Shown here: positions 9,415-19,136 of the stretch, piece by piece
How the letters are laid out: every line of letters begins with the position of its first letter
Numbering within the stretch: position 1 is the stretch's first letter
From: Gammaproteobacteria bacterium
GTDB lineage: Bacteria > Pseudomonadota > Gammaproteobacteria > SZUA-140
Length of the DNA stretch: 64,000 nt
Reading direction: 5' to 3'
Assembly (NCBI GenBank): GCA_015488555.1
Contig: WFNO01000066.1
Location: 1,842 to 65,841 of the forward strand
Notes under the pieces: generated by a model
What the model saw: the letters and a program-made list of their open reading frames with translations, nothing else
Told to the model about the DNA's origin: nothing
Database searches by the model: none
Translations under genes and position numbers: made by a program

Positions 9415-12400
9415 GAGCGTTTCTCCTTGCGGGTTTCGATCCACTCGTAGATGACGGGCAAGAGGATCAGGGTCAACAGGGTGGAGGTGAAGAGCCCGCC
9501 CACCACCACGGAGGCCAGCGGGCGCTGGGTCTCGGCCCCCACGCCGCTGGACAGCAGCATGGGGATGAGGCCGAGGATGGCCACGCTGGCCGTCATCAAC
9601 ACCGGCCGCAGTCTGAGCTCGGCACCCTTGCGCACCGCCTCACTCACCGACAAACCCTTCTCCCGCAGCTCGTTGATGAAGCTGATGAGTACGATGCCGT
9701 TGAGCATGGCCACGCCGAAGACGGCGATGAAGCCGATGGCCGAGGGCACCGACAGGTACTGGCCGCTGATGTACAGGGACACCAGCCCGCCGATGGTGGC
9801 GAAGGGCACGTTGGCGATGATGAGCGTGGCGTATTTCACTGAATTGAAGGCCGTGTACAGCAGCACGAAGATGAAGAAGATGGTGAGCGGCACGATGATG
9901 GACAGGCGCTTCAGGGCGCGCTGCTGGTTCTCGAAGGCCCCGCCCCATTCGATCCAGTAGCCCGGCGGCAGCTCGATCTCTTGTTCGATTAGGGCATCGG
10001 CCTCCTTGACGAAACCGTCCACGTCGCGGCCGCGCACGTCCATCTGGATCACGGCATAGCGCTGCAACTGCTCGCGGCGGATGAAGGAATAGCCCTCCGC
10101 CACCTCCACCTCAGCCACCCGTTCCAGGGGGATGAGGGCGCCATCGGCGGTGCGCAGCGGAATCTTGCGAATAGCCTCCACGGAGGATTTGGAGGCATCG
10201 TCCAGGCGCGCCGTGATGTCGAAACGCCGCACGCCGTCCAGCAACGTGGTCACCGGCTCGTTGCCGATGCCGTTGCGCACCACGTCCAGCACCTCGTCGG
10301 CGTTCATGCCGTAACGGGCCAACTGCTCGCGGTTCACGCGGACGCGGATCTGGGGCTTGCCCACGTTGGCCTCCAGGGAGAGATCGGCCACCCCCGGTAC
10401 CCGGGCGATGACATCCTTGATCTTCTGGCTCAAGCGGTCCAGTTCCCCCAGATCCTCGCCGTAGAGCTTGGCGGCCAGGGTGGCGCGCACCCCGGAGATC
10501 AGCTCCTCCACCCGCATCTGGATGGGCTGGGTGAAGGCGATCACCGCCGTGGGCACCGTCTCTTCCAGGGTCTCGCGCATGGCGTCGGCGATCTCCTCGA
10601 TGGATCGGTTCCACGTCTCCTTGGGCGTGAGGCCGGTGTAGATCTCCATATAGTTGACGTCAGCGGTCTCACCCTTCTCGGCGCGGCCGATCATGGCGAT
10701 GGTGGTGGTCACCTCCGGAAACTCCCCCAGGGCTTGCGCGATCTTGTTGGAGATCTCGATGGACTCCTCCAGCGAGGTGGAAGGGATGGACGTGACCCGC
10801 CACATGATGGAACCTTCCTGGAGCTGGGGCATGAATTCCTTGCCCAGCAAGGGAAACAAGGCCAAACTGCCCGCCAGTAACAGACCCGCGGCGCTCACCA
10901 CCACCTTCTTGTGGTTCAAGGACCAGGCCAACACAGGCAGATAGCCACGCTTGATCCCGGCCACCAGCCAGGTGTCGCGTTCCGCCTTGGGCTTGAGCAC
11001 CAGGGCCGCCAGCACCGGGATGAGGGTGAGGGTGAGAATGAGCGAGCCGGCCATGGCGAAGCTGATGTTGAAGGCCATGGGCTTGAAGAGCTTGCCCTCC
11101 AGACCCTCGAGGGTGAACAAGGGCAAAAAGACGACGATGATGATGAGAATGGCAAAGGCGATGGGACTGGCCACTTCGCGCGCAGCGGTGAGCACCGCGG
11201 CGGTACGGTCCACTTTCTCGCCCCGCTCGCGCCACTCGGCCATGATGCGAAAGGCGTTCTCGGTCATCACCACGGCGCCGTCCACCATCATGCCGATGCC
11301 GATGGCGAGCCCCGCCAGCGACATCAGGTTGGCGGAGATACCGGCCTCTTCCATGAAGATGAAGGCGATGAGCATGGCCAAGGGCAGGGCGGCGATGACC
11401 ACGATGGCCGAGCGCAGCTCCCCCAGGAACAGGAACAGCACGATGGCCACCAGGATGGAGCCCTCCACCAGGGCCCTGACCGCGGTCTGCACCGCCTTCT
11501 CCACCAGGTCGGTGCGCTCGTAGACGGGATTGAGTTCCACCCCCTCGGGCAGGGCGTCGCGCACCACCTCCACCTTTTCCTTGACCGCATCCACCACGTT
11601 CTTGGCGTTGGTGCCGATGCGCGACAGGGCCATGCCCATCACCACTTCGCGGCCGTCACGGGTGACGGCGCCGAAGCGCAGGCCCGGTGCCTGGCGGATG
11701 GTGGCCACGTCGCGCAGGTACACGGGGGTGCCGTCCTGGACCTTGACCACGATGTTGCCGAGATCGGTCTCGTCCTGCACCAACCCCAGGCCACGCACCA
11801 GATACTGCTCGGGCCCCAGATCGATGTACTGGCCGCCCACCTGGCGGTTGTTGTTTTCCAGGACCGTGATGACATCGCGGAAGCTCAGATCGTACTTGAT
11901 GAGCTTGAGGGGTTCGATCACCACTTGGTACTGGCGTTCCTGCCCGCCCCAGGAGAGCACGTCGTCCACGCCCGGCGCAGTGCGCAGGATGAGGCGCACG
12001 GTCCAATCCTGCAGGGTGCGCAGATCCATGTCCGTGATGGCATCCTTGAGTTGCTCGTCGGCCCGCTCCAGGGTGTACCAGAACACCTGCCCCAGCCCAG
12101 AGGAATTGGGACCCATCTCCGGCGTGCCGTAGCCTTCGGGGATGCGGTCGGCCACCTCCAGCAGGCGTTCCATCACCAGGCGGCGCACGAAATAGATGTC
12201 CATGTCGTCCTCGAAGTACACCGACACGTAGGACAGCCCGAACAGACTCACGGAGCGGATCTCCTTGACCCCTTGCAGGCCAGCCATGCCGGACTCCACC
12301 GGGAAGGTGATGAGCTGTTCCACGTCCTCCGCCGCCAACCCCGGCGACTCTGTATAGATGTTGACCTGCACCGGCGTGACGTCGGGAAAGGCGTCGATGG

Positions 12401-12503
12401 GCACCGTGGTCACCGCCCGCCAACCCAGGGCCGCTACCACCAGGAAGGCGACGATCACCAGGAACTTGTAGCGCAGGGAGACTTCGACCAGTTTGTTCAG
12501 CAT
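9411..12503 (-). CDS. czcA: CzcA/CusA-family heavy-metal efflux RND transporter
   Basis: 1030 aa beginning MLNKLVEVSLRYKFLVIV. Typical HME-RND length with 12 TM helices. Confidence 0.95.
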   Translation of the reverse strand: MLNKLVEVSLRYKFLVIVAFLVVAALGWRAVTTVPIDAFPDVTPVQVNIYTESPGLAAEDVEQLITFPVESGMAGLQGVKEIRSVSLFGLSYVSVYFEDDMDIYFVRRLVMERLLEVADRIPEGYGTPEMGPNSSGLGQVFWYTLERADEQLKDAITDMDLRTLQDWTVRLILRTAPGVDDVLSWGGQERQYQVVIEPLKLIKYDLSFRDVITVLENNNRQVGGQYIDLGPEQYLVRGLGLVQDETDLGNIVVKVQDGTPVYLRDVATIRQAPGLRFGAVTRDGREVVMGMALSRIGTNAKNVVDAVKEKVEVVRDALPEGVELNPVYERTDLVEKAVQTAVRALVEGSILVAIVLFLFLGELRSAIVVIAALPLAMLIAFIFMEEAGISANLMSLAGLAIGIGMMVDGAVVMTENAFRIMAEWRERGEKVDRTAAVLTAAREVASPIAFAILIIIVVFLPLFTLEGLEGKLFKPMAFNISFAMAGSLILTLTLIPVLAALVLKPKAERDTWLVAGIKRGYLPVLAWSLNHKKVVVSAAGLLLAGSLALFPLLGKEFMPQLQEGSIMWRVTSIPSTSLEESIEISNKIAQALGEFPEVTTTIAMIGRAEKGETADVNYMEIYTGLTPKETWNRSIEEIADAMRETLEETVPTAVIAFTQPIQMRVEELISGVRATLAAKLYGEDLGELDRLSQKIKDVIARVPGVADLSLEANVGKPQIRVRVNREQLARYGMNADEVLDVVRNGIGNEPVTTLLDGVRRFDITARLDDASKSSVEAIRKIPLRTADGALIPLERVAEVEVAEGYSFIRREQLQRYAVIQMDVRGRDVDGFVKEADALIEQEIELPPGYWIEWGGAFENQQRALKRLSIIVPLTIFFIFVLLYTAFNSVKYATLIIANVPFATIGGLVSLYISGQYLSVPSAIGFIAVFGVAMLNGIVLISFINELREKGLSVSEAVRKGAELRLRPVLMTASVAILGLIPMLLSSGVGAETQRPLASVVVGGLFTSTLLTLILLPVIYEWIETRKEKRS

Positions 12504-12515
12504 GATCGTCTCCCC

Positions 12516-13775
12516 TCAATGTGCATGGCCTGCGCCCATCTTGGACTTGAGCAGCAGTGCCTTGAGCACGAACACCCCCTGCACCACGATCTCGTCGCCC
12601 ACCGCCAGGCCGCTGCGGATCTCGGTCCAATCGCCCAGGGTGACGCCGGTCTCCACCGGCTGGGGATGCAGTTCTTCTCCCTCCACCTTGAACACCGTGG
12701 ATGAACCCTCCATGAGAATGACCGCCGCGCGCGGCACCACCACCAGGGGCTCGGTCTGCGCGGTCTCCAGGGCCACCTCCACGAACTGGCCCGGATGGAA
12801 CAAATCGTCGCGATTGTCCACCTCCACGCGCACCGACAGGGTCCGGGTGGTCTCGTCCAAACGGTGGTGGCGCTGCACCACCCGCCCGCTCACCCAGGCC
12901 GTGCCGCCGTCCGGCCGTACCCGGGCTGCAGTACCCTCACGGATACGAGTGGCCAGAACGGGTGGCAACTGGGCCTCCACCCAGAGGGTGGATTCGTCGC
13001 TGATCTCGAACAGCACCCGGCCCGGCTCGATGAATTCCCCCACCACGAACTCGTCCCGGATCACGGTGCCGTCCTGGGGAGCGAGCAGTTTGAATTCTCC
13101 GGTGGCGCGGGAGGCATCGCCGTGTTGCAACAGGGCCTTGATCTGGGCGGGGGTCATGCCGTAGGCCTGCACCCGGGCATAGGCCTGCTGGCGGGCCACC
13201 TGGGCGGCGATGTAGCGTTTTTCCGAGACCACTTTGCGCCCCAGCTTCTTCACCCGCTTCCATTCCACATCGGCCTCTAGCAGGCTGCCCTGGGCCTCGG
13301 CCATGGCCACGCTGGAGAGCGTCACCAGGGGCTGGCCCTTCTTCACCTGCTCGCCCAGCTTGGCATGGCGAGCGATGATCTGGGCGCTGATGCGAGGGGT
13401 CACCTGGGCGGTGCGATAGGCGTTGAGTTCCACCTCACCCGGTGCCATGAACTCCTCGCTCAAGGGGCGGCGCTCCACGCGGCCGGTGAGCACGCCATTG
13501 GCCTGGCGCTGGCGGGCGTCCATGCGCAACGTCCCTTCCTCGTGGCCCTCTTCCTCGTGCGCGTGTCCCTCGCCACCATTGCCGTCATGTCCTGCTTCAC
13601 CGGCCTCGTGGTCGTGATCCGCCTCATCCGCCGCTGTGGCAGTGGTTTGCTCGCGCTCGTGATCGTGATCGCCTTCGTCGGCCAGCGCTGGCACACCCCA
13701 TAGCAACAGCCACAGCGGAAACACCAGTCCCAGCATCACCGGGCGTATCGCCTTCTTCCGAAAACCTTCTCTCAT
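12516..13775 (-). CDS. czcB: Efflux RND periplasmic adaptor (membrane fusion protein), CzcB-like, with a His-rich N-terminal region
   Basis: Internal Met (MREGFRKKAIRPVMLGLVF...) sits just after the czcC stop. The HlyD-like fold carries a DHDHE/HAHEEEGHEE stretch. Confidence 0.85.
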   Translation of the reverse strand: MREGFRKKAIRPVMLGLVFPLWLLLWGVPALADEGDHDHEREQTTATAADEADHDHEAGEAGHDGNGGEGHAHEEEGHEEGTLRMDARQRQANGVLTGRVERRPLSEEFMAPGEVELNAYRTAQVTPRISAQIIARHAKLGEQVKKGQPLVTLSSVAMAEAQGSLLEADVEWKRVKKLGRKVVSEKRYIAAQVARQQAYARVQAYGMTPAQIKALLQHGDASRATGEFKLLAPQDGTVIRDEFVVGEFIEPGRVLFEISDESTLWVEAQLPPVLATRIREGTAARVRPDGGTAWVSGRVVQRHHRLDETTRTLSVRVEVDNRDDLFHPGQFVEVALETAQTEPLVVVPRAAVILMEGSSTVFKVEGEELHPQPVETGVTLGDWTEIRSGLAVGDEIVVQGVFVLKALLLKSKMGAGHAH

Positions 13776-13777
13776 CG

Positions 13778-15085
13778 TCACATTCCTCCTTCGCCGCCGG
13801 CAGCGTGCGCTGCGGCTTCCTGTGCAGGGCCCACTTCTCCGAATCCCAACCAGCTCAGGACCTGGCCCGAAGCCGCCAGCCAGTTCACCCATGCGGACCA
13901 GGCCTCGGCCTCCAACTCGACGGCGGCCAACTCGGTATTCAGGGTTTGTTGCAATTGCACCAGATATTCCGTGGTATTGATCTCACCGCTCTCCCACAGT
14001 CGTTGCAGCAGTTTCACCCGGCCCTGCAGACTGGGCCGGCCGCTGCGCTCCCAATCCACCAGTGCCTGGCGAGTCAGGCGATAGCGGTCCGCCGCCGCCG
14101 CCATGGCCGCCCACACGCGCCGGCGCAGGTTGCGGCTGTCGGCCTCGCTGCGCCGGGCCTCGGCGGCGGCGGCCTCCACCTCGGCCCGGAAGGGATTGCG
14201 CACGAATAGGGGAATGGTGAGCGTGAGACCGATCAGCGAATCCTCCTCCTCCCGGCCGCCGCGCAGGCCCAGAGTGGGATCGGGACGGCGCTCGCGGCGC
14301 GCCAGCTCCACCCCCGCGCGGGCCGCCCGGCTCAAGGCCAGCGCCTCGCGCAGCCGGGGATGGACCGCCAGCAGGGTCTCCGAAGGCTGCGCTGCGTGAG
14401 CGGGGGGCAACGCCGGCAAGTGTGGCCAGGACGCAGGCACCCGGGAGACCAGGGCACGCAGATTGGCCTCCGCTTCCGCCAAGGCCGAAGCACGACCCGC
14501 CGCAGCCATGCGCGCCTCGCTCAGGGCGAGACGGGCCAGATCCACGTCGCTCTGACCCACGTCGCCAGCGGCGAAACGGCGCTGGGCCAGTTGCAGGAAA
14601 TCCTCCAGCAAAGCTACCCGGCGCTGGGCCAGGCGGGCGAGGCGCTCTCCCGTGTGATAGCGGCTCAGGGCGTCCAATACTTCCCGCGCCACCTGCTGGC
14701 GTACCTGGTCATGGGCCGCACGGGCAGCGCGCATCTCCGAGTTACCACGCTCGTGGCGGGCTTCTCGCTTGTCCGCCCAATCGATGGTCTGACTCAATCC
14801 GAGGGAAGTGGTATTGACGCCGGTGCGCTCGGCATCCAACTCCAACTCCGGGTTGTAGAGCGGGCGTCCCGCGGCACGAGCACGGGCCTGCGCCGCTACC
14901 AGGGCCGCCTCCGCCGCGCGCACCTCCGGGTGCTCGGCCAGCACTTCGTCCACCAGCGTCGGCAATAAGGAAGACGCCGAAATCGAAGAGGAAGCCAGCA
15001 CAGACGCGGGCGCAGCGGTAATCGCTTGCACATACAGCGACCATACGAAAAACAAAACGATGAAACTCAAATTCCTGAAGGACAT
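13778..15085 (-). CDS. czcC: TolC-family outer-membrane efflux protein, CzcC-like
   Basis: 435 aa with a signal peptide and two OEP repeats. Confidence 0.85.
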   Translation of the reverse strand: MSFRNLSFIVLFFVWSLYVQAITAAPASVLASSSISASSLLPTLVDEVLAEHPEVRAAEAALVAAQARARAAGRPLYNPELELDAERTGVNTTSLGLSQTIDWADKREARHERGNSEMRAARAAHDQVRQQVAREVLDALSRYHTGERLARLAQRRVALLEDFLQLAQRRFAAGDVGQSDVDLARLALSEARMAAAGRASALAEAEANLRALVSRVPASWPHLPALPPAHAAQPSETLLAVHPRLREALALSRAARAGVELARRERRPDPTLGLRGGREEEDSLIGLTLTIPLFVRNPFRAEVEAAAAEARRSEADSRNLRRRVWAAMAAAADRYRLTRQALVDWERSGRPSLQGRVKLLQRLWESGEINTTEYLVQLQQTLNTELAAVELEAEAWSAWVNWLAASGQVLSWLGFGEVGPAQEAAAHAAGGEGGM

Positions 15086-15151
15086 GAATCCACCCTTCCT
15101 GCAACAGATGCTTCACCACTGCCCTAGACAGCGGTCCCGGGAAAGGAGGAT

Positions 15152-15484
15152 TCAGATGCGAGGCGGTTTGGTACCAACCTCAGGATGATAGGAAACCAGG
15201 ACGCGCCAGTAACCCGGCAATTGGAAAACCGGCTGTGTGGTCAGTGCTAGAGCACCGTCGAAGGCCAAGCCCAGAAGATGGGCAGAACCATGACAATAAT
15301 GATCGTGCAAGAATTCACCGCTGCTGAAATCGATTCCGGAATCGGTGCTATCGGCGGATTGCACGAGCGAAGCTGCGACCACCTGCCCATCCGCCAGCAG
15401 GCCTGGGTGGTTGTCCCAAGCCCAAGCCAGGGAAGAGGCCAGGATGCTGGACAACAACAGGACGAGAGTGAACCGTTTGATCAT
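15152..15484 (-). CDS. Small secreted protein in the CzcI position. It carries an HDHYCH motif.
   Basis: Internal Met gives about 110 aa beginning MIKRFTLVLLLSSILASSLAWA. It lies directly upstream of czcC on the same strand, as czcI does in czcNICBA. Confidence 0.5.
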   Translation of the reverse strand: MIKRFTLVLLLSSILASSLAWAWDNHPGLLADGQVVAASLVQSADSTDSGIDFSSGEFLHDHYCHGSAHLLGLAFDGALALTTQPVFQLPGYWRVLVSYHPEVGTKPPRI

Positions 15485-15664
15485 GCCTCGCTCCGCGGCG
15501 ACGTGATTTCGCCGTGAGTATAACAGCCTTATCGCACGAACGTCATATCGGATGACTCGTTCCTTCCCTTGAACGAGCAATGGAAACGGGATCGGAGTGC
15601 TTACACTCCGACCCCATCGATTTTGTCGATTCTGTCATCTGACATCTATCATCTGACATCTGGG

Positions 15665-16282
15665 TCATTTCGCCGTATGCATGAACGCCGCCAGCAGCAC
15701 CGCGGCATCCCGCAAGCGCGTGGCGAAGACCCGCGTGGGCTTGTCACCACCGACAGCGGCCTCGGCCCTGTTCACCAGATCAGCCACGCTCAAGCCCTCA
15801 TAGCCCTCGATGAAACCCTTGCCCACGGTGCCTTCGAATTCCGGAATGTATTTCTCGCTCAAGGCGGTGAGAGCCACTTTGGTGACCTTGCCTTCGGCAT
15901 CCAGGCCCACGCCCACCGCCAGATCGCCGTGGCGATAGCCGGCCTTGAGGATGATGGCGCCACCGGCGATCCGACCATCGCTGCGGTCCTTGGCCAAATA
16001 ATAGGTGTAGAGGGACTCGTCCAGATCCACGCCGTAGGTCCGTTCCGCCCACTCGGCGCCCTCGTCGCTGAGGCGTTGTTTGCGCTTGACGATCTTGAAA
16101 TTGCCCCCGGCCGGAAGCATGGCGCGCAGGGCTTCCTTTTGCTTGAGGAAATGCACCAGCGGCCCGCCATGGCCCTTGTGCGCCAGGGCTGGCGCTGCCC
16201 AGCCACCGGCCACCAGTAGGGCGGCCAGCAGAAAGACTACTCCTCGTGTATCGAACCGGAAACCTCGAATCATGCTGCTCAT
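15665..16282 (-). CDS. Periplasmic protein with an FMN-binding-like (FMN_bind) domain
   Basis: Internal Met (MSSMIRGFRFDTRGVVFLLAALLVAGGWAAPALA) gives a signal peptide. The core IILKAGYRHGDLAVGVGLDAEGKVTKVALT...EFEGTVGKGF fits the FMN_bind pattern. Confidence 0.55.
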   Translation of the reverse strand: MSSMIRGFRFDTRGVVFLLAALLVAGGWAAPALAHKGHGGPLVHFLKQKEALRAMLPAGGNFKIVKRKQRLSDEGAEWAERTYGVDLDESLYTYYLAKDRSDGRIAGGAIILKAGYRHGDLAVGVGLDAEGKVTKVALTALSEKYIPEFEGTVGKGFIEGYEGLSVADLVNRAEAAVGGDKPTRVFATRLRDAAVLLAAFMHTAK

Positions 16283-16385
16283 TTGCTGCCTCCTCGTTCG
16301 GGGTACGGCCGCCACTGTCCGGCAGGCGGCCGTGGTGTACGAAATGGCCGGCCGGGGAAGGGAGTTGCGCTCCCCTGCCCGCCGG

Positions 16386-17165
16386 TCAGGGCATGTCGCG
16401 GGCACGCACCCAAATGATCGCACCCACGTGGAGCGGATAGGCCTTGCCCTTGTGCTCCATGGTACGGCTCTGGTCCACCAGGGCGGAGAAGCCCCACCAG
16501 CCGGCACGGGGCATGGCATAGGTGAACACACCATTGGCATCCGCCTTGACCACCTGGGTGATGAAGGGATCGGCGGGCGCGCGGGCGCTGCCGTCCTGGT
16601 TGTAATACTCCACCACCACGCGGGCGAAGGGCACGGGTTTGCCATTCAGCTTGACCACGCCCTGGAAGACGTTGTTCGTCCACAGGCCATAGGGACGGGT
16701 GAGCGGTACGATCTCGGCCTCCAGGCCCAGCTCGCGATCCCAACCCTCTTCCAGGCCGAAGGTGTTCACCACCACCTTGGTGTACTGGACGAGGAAGATC
16801 TCCTCGGCCTCGTCCCAAAAGACCTCGGGCACCACGTAGAAGATGTGATCGCCCGGCTTGCGGAACTTGTAACGCAGCGTGTAGGCCGGCAACAACTCAC
16901 CCTGGCGGTCCCGCACCTGCACCGGCTGCAGGCGTGGCAGCAGGTCCTGGTCGCGGCCGGCCACCCACACGCCCACGCGCCGGGGCTTGGCCATGGGCAC
17001 GCCCAGGTCCTCGAAGGGATGGGTGAACCGGATCTCCAGGTCTACGGCGCGCCGCTCTTCATGGGTCACCACGTCGTCTGACGGGATGAGCAACTGGTAA
17101 TGGGCCATGGCCGGCGAGGATACGCCGGCCATGGCCCCCAACAGAATGGCGAGCACGCGCCGCAC
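16386..17165 (-). CDS. DUF4198-like periplasmic (transthyretin-like) protein
   Basis: The putative GTG start gives MRRVLAILLGAMAGVSSPAMA|HYQLLIPSDD. The HYQL start and beta-rich body are typical of DUF4198 proteins. The family assignment is from memory. Confidence 0.55.
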   Translation of the reverse strand: MRRVLAILLGAMAGVSSPAMAHYQLLIPSDDVVTHEERRAVDLEIRFTHPFEDLGVPMAKPRRVGVWVAGRDQDLLPRLQPVQVRDRQGELLPAYTLRYKFRKPGDHIFYVVPEVFWDEAEEIFLVQYTKVVVNTFGLEEGWDRELGLEAEIVPLTRPYGLWTNNVFQGVVKLNGKPVPFARVVVEYYNQDGSARAPADPFITQVVKADANGVFTYAMPRAGWWGFSALVDQSRTMEHKGKAYPLHVGAIIWVRARDMP

Positions 17166-17181
17166 CAGACCACCCCACCGC

Positions 17182-18264
17182 TCAGTCGAGGTGTTCGTGG
17201 GTAGGGCCAGCCTCGCCGCCACCCAGTGCATAGCTGATGCCCAGACTCCAGCGATATTTCTCGTCGTTGGATATACCGCCCAGGTTCTGATAGACGGGAT
17301 AGGAGAAGTTGCCATAGGCGACGATGCTGCGGTTGAGCTTGAAATTAATGCCTGGCGAGAAATAGACCACGTCACCGCCGCTGTTCTTCTTGAGTTCGCC
17401 ATCTTCATTGTCTTTCTTCGCAAAGATGCCGTTGAGTTCCACCACCGGCGTGATCCAGGCATGGTGATTGTAACTCAGGGCCACATCCGCCTGCCAGGAA
17501 TTGCCGCTGCGGAAATTGTTGGCACCGGGACCGTTGACGCGTAGTATCCAGTCGGCATCCAGGGCCAGCTTGTCCGTGAGGTGGCCGCTGTAGGCGATAC
17601 CAGTCTGGACCGTGAAGGCACCGCTGCCCGGCTGGTTGTGGGTACCCAGCACCTCGTCCTGGCCGGTATACCGGTTCTTGTCGGTCTTGTTGGTGAACTT
17701 GCCGGTGGGCATGAGCAACCCAAACAGCCCTGCCCATTGGTGATTGCCGTCGTTGTAGAAGCGATAGCGGGCCATGAGCAGGGTGTCCCCCCAGCCCGGC
17801 GACTCGTCCGTCTCCGAGATACAGATCGGATCCAGGTTGTCCAGAATCCCATCACCGTTAGTATCAAAACAGGCCATGGCCTGACCATCACCGTTGTCCT
17901 TGAAGCCCTGGAAATTGTTGTACTGGGTCATGATGGCCAGATCGATGTCCTCGGCCACCGGAATGCCGATCTGGATGAAATAGGCGTCCTCCCGGGAATG
18001 CTGGTGGACGTCCTCGCCGCGCGCCCGGAAGTCCACCATCTCCTGGTCCGAGAACAGCTCATAGCGGCGCGCATCCCAGCGCAGGCCGATGACCACGTCT
18101 TCCACGATGCCGGCACCCACCGCATTGATGCTGCCGGAACCACCGCCGCGAATGGATTCGCCATGCGCGAAGGCCGTATTGTGAACCAACAACAGTGAGG
18201 CCCCTCCCATGGCCAACAATGCCACTGCCTTGGACAGAGATTGCGAGTGTTTGGATTGCTTCAT
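17182..18264 (-). CDS. Secreted beta-rich protein, a putative outer-membrane channel or porin
   Basis: 360 aa with signal peptide ...VHNTAFA|HGE, SD AGGAGA and alternating hydrophobic beta-strand patterning (RYRWSLGISYAL). No identifiable family. Confidence 0.55.
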   Translation of the reverse strand: MKQSKHSQSLSKAVALLAMGGASLLLVHNTAFAHGESIRGGGSGSINAVGAGIVEDVVIGLRWDARRYELFSDQEMVDFRARGEDVHQHSREDAYFIQIGIPVAEDIDLAIMTQYNNFQGFKDNGDGQAMACFDTNGDGILDNLDPICISETDESPGWGDTLLMARYRFYNDGNHQWAGLFGLLMPTGKFTNKTDKNRYTGQDEVLGTHNQPGSGAFTVQTGIAYSGHLTDKLALDADWILRVNGPGANNFRSGNSWQADVALSYNHHAWITPVVELNGIFAKKDNEDGELKKNSGGDVVYFSPGINFKLNRSIVAYGNFSYPVYQNLGGISNDEKYRWSLGISYALGGGEAGPTHEHLD

Positions 18265-18370
18265 TTCGTTCTCCTAAGTCATTGGGTTAGTTTAAATGAC
18301 GTCGATGTATCGGACCGGAAAGCGCATCCCAGCACACTCCGTCGTAGATTCCCACAGTTTCATCTCATTC

Positions 18371-18390
18371 TTATTACGTAATAATTATTA
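18371..18390. promoter_or_regulatory. Overlapping AT-rich perfect palindromes (TTATTACGTAATAA and TAATAATTATTA). This is a candidate metalloregulator operator in the divergent promoter region.
   Basis: Both palindromes are exact and sit in a 434-bp GC-rich intergenic region between the secreted-protein gene and the His-rich gene. Approximate coordinates. Confidence 0.45.
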
Positions 18391-18698
18391 ATCATACCGC
18401 ATACCCATTGCACGCGCAAGACCCCGGGACCGTTTGGAACCGGCGCTGAAAACGGGCACGTGGCTTCGCCGTTATCGGCGGCAGTCTTGAAATCTTGCAT
18501 ATGGCAAATGGCCAACAGTCCCCGTGCTCGAGATGTTCCGGAAATCGAGATGCAATCGGAACACCCCGGTGTTAAAGTCGGCGGGCACGATGCCGAAACA
18601 GCGGTGGGCGGCGGCCCAGCGCCCGATCGCATCCTGGCCTGCCCTTTGCGTGGCATTCGTCCCCGTAAACAACAAACCAACCCTGAAGGAGAACGCGA

Positions 18699-18971
18699 AT
18701 GGAAGGTCCACACAAGCATAGCCATCAGCACGAGCACGAACATCGCCACGGCGAGCACGAACACCCCCACACCCATGCCGACGGCACCACCCACAGCCAT
18801 CCCCACGCCCATATCCACAGTCACACCCACGTGCACGAGCACGAACACCCCCACACTCACGCCGGGGGCAGCGACGACCACGATCACCAGCACAGTGAGG
18901 ACGAGCTGGCCGGGCACGACCACGATCACCCGGATCACGATCGCGAGAGTCACGAAGACCACAGCCACTGA
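18699..18971 (+). CDS. Histidine-rich metal-binding protein (about 35% His, Hpn-like)
   Basis: 90 aa, MEGPHKHSHQHEHEHRHGEHEHPHTHADG..., with an SD GAAGGAGA 7 nt upstream. No signal peptide. A rho-independent terminator follows. Confidence 0.7.
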   Translation: MEGPHKHSHQHEHEHRHGEHEHPHTHADGTTHSHPHAHIHSHTHVHEHEHPHTHAGGSDDHDHQHSEDELAGHDHDHPDHDRESHEDHSH

Positions 18972-19066
18972 AAACCGGCCGCCGTGAAGAAGGGATCCCG
19001 GTTCTGCTGACAAAAGTGTGCCAGGATTACGAAAATTTCTACTCGAAAAGCCGGTTTTTTCTCACA

Positions 19067-19094
19067 CGCCCCGCCTCACGCGGGGCGTTTTTTT
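19067..19094 (+). terminator. Rho-independent terminator after the His-rich gene
   Basis: Stem CGCCCCGC / GCGGGGCG with a CTCA loop, followed by seven T. Confidence 0.6.
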
Positions 19095-19136
19095 GGGTAT
19101 CATGGCGCCATCTCAAAGCTGACGGGAGCGCACATC

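Noticed and set aside
15665-16645. Full 326-aa version of the FMN_bind ORF and 358-aa version of the DUF4198 ORF
   Set aside because: The N-terminal extensions are Pro/Arg/Ser-rich low-complexity with no signal peptide. Internal starts give canonical signal peptides immediately followed by the conserved domains.
18360-18400. Possible NikR operator (GTATGA-N16-TCATAC), because of the TCATAC next to the palindrome
   Set aside because: No matching GTATGA half-site lies at the required distance. Only the AT-rich palindromes are solid.
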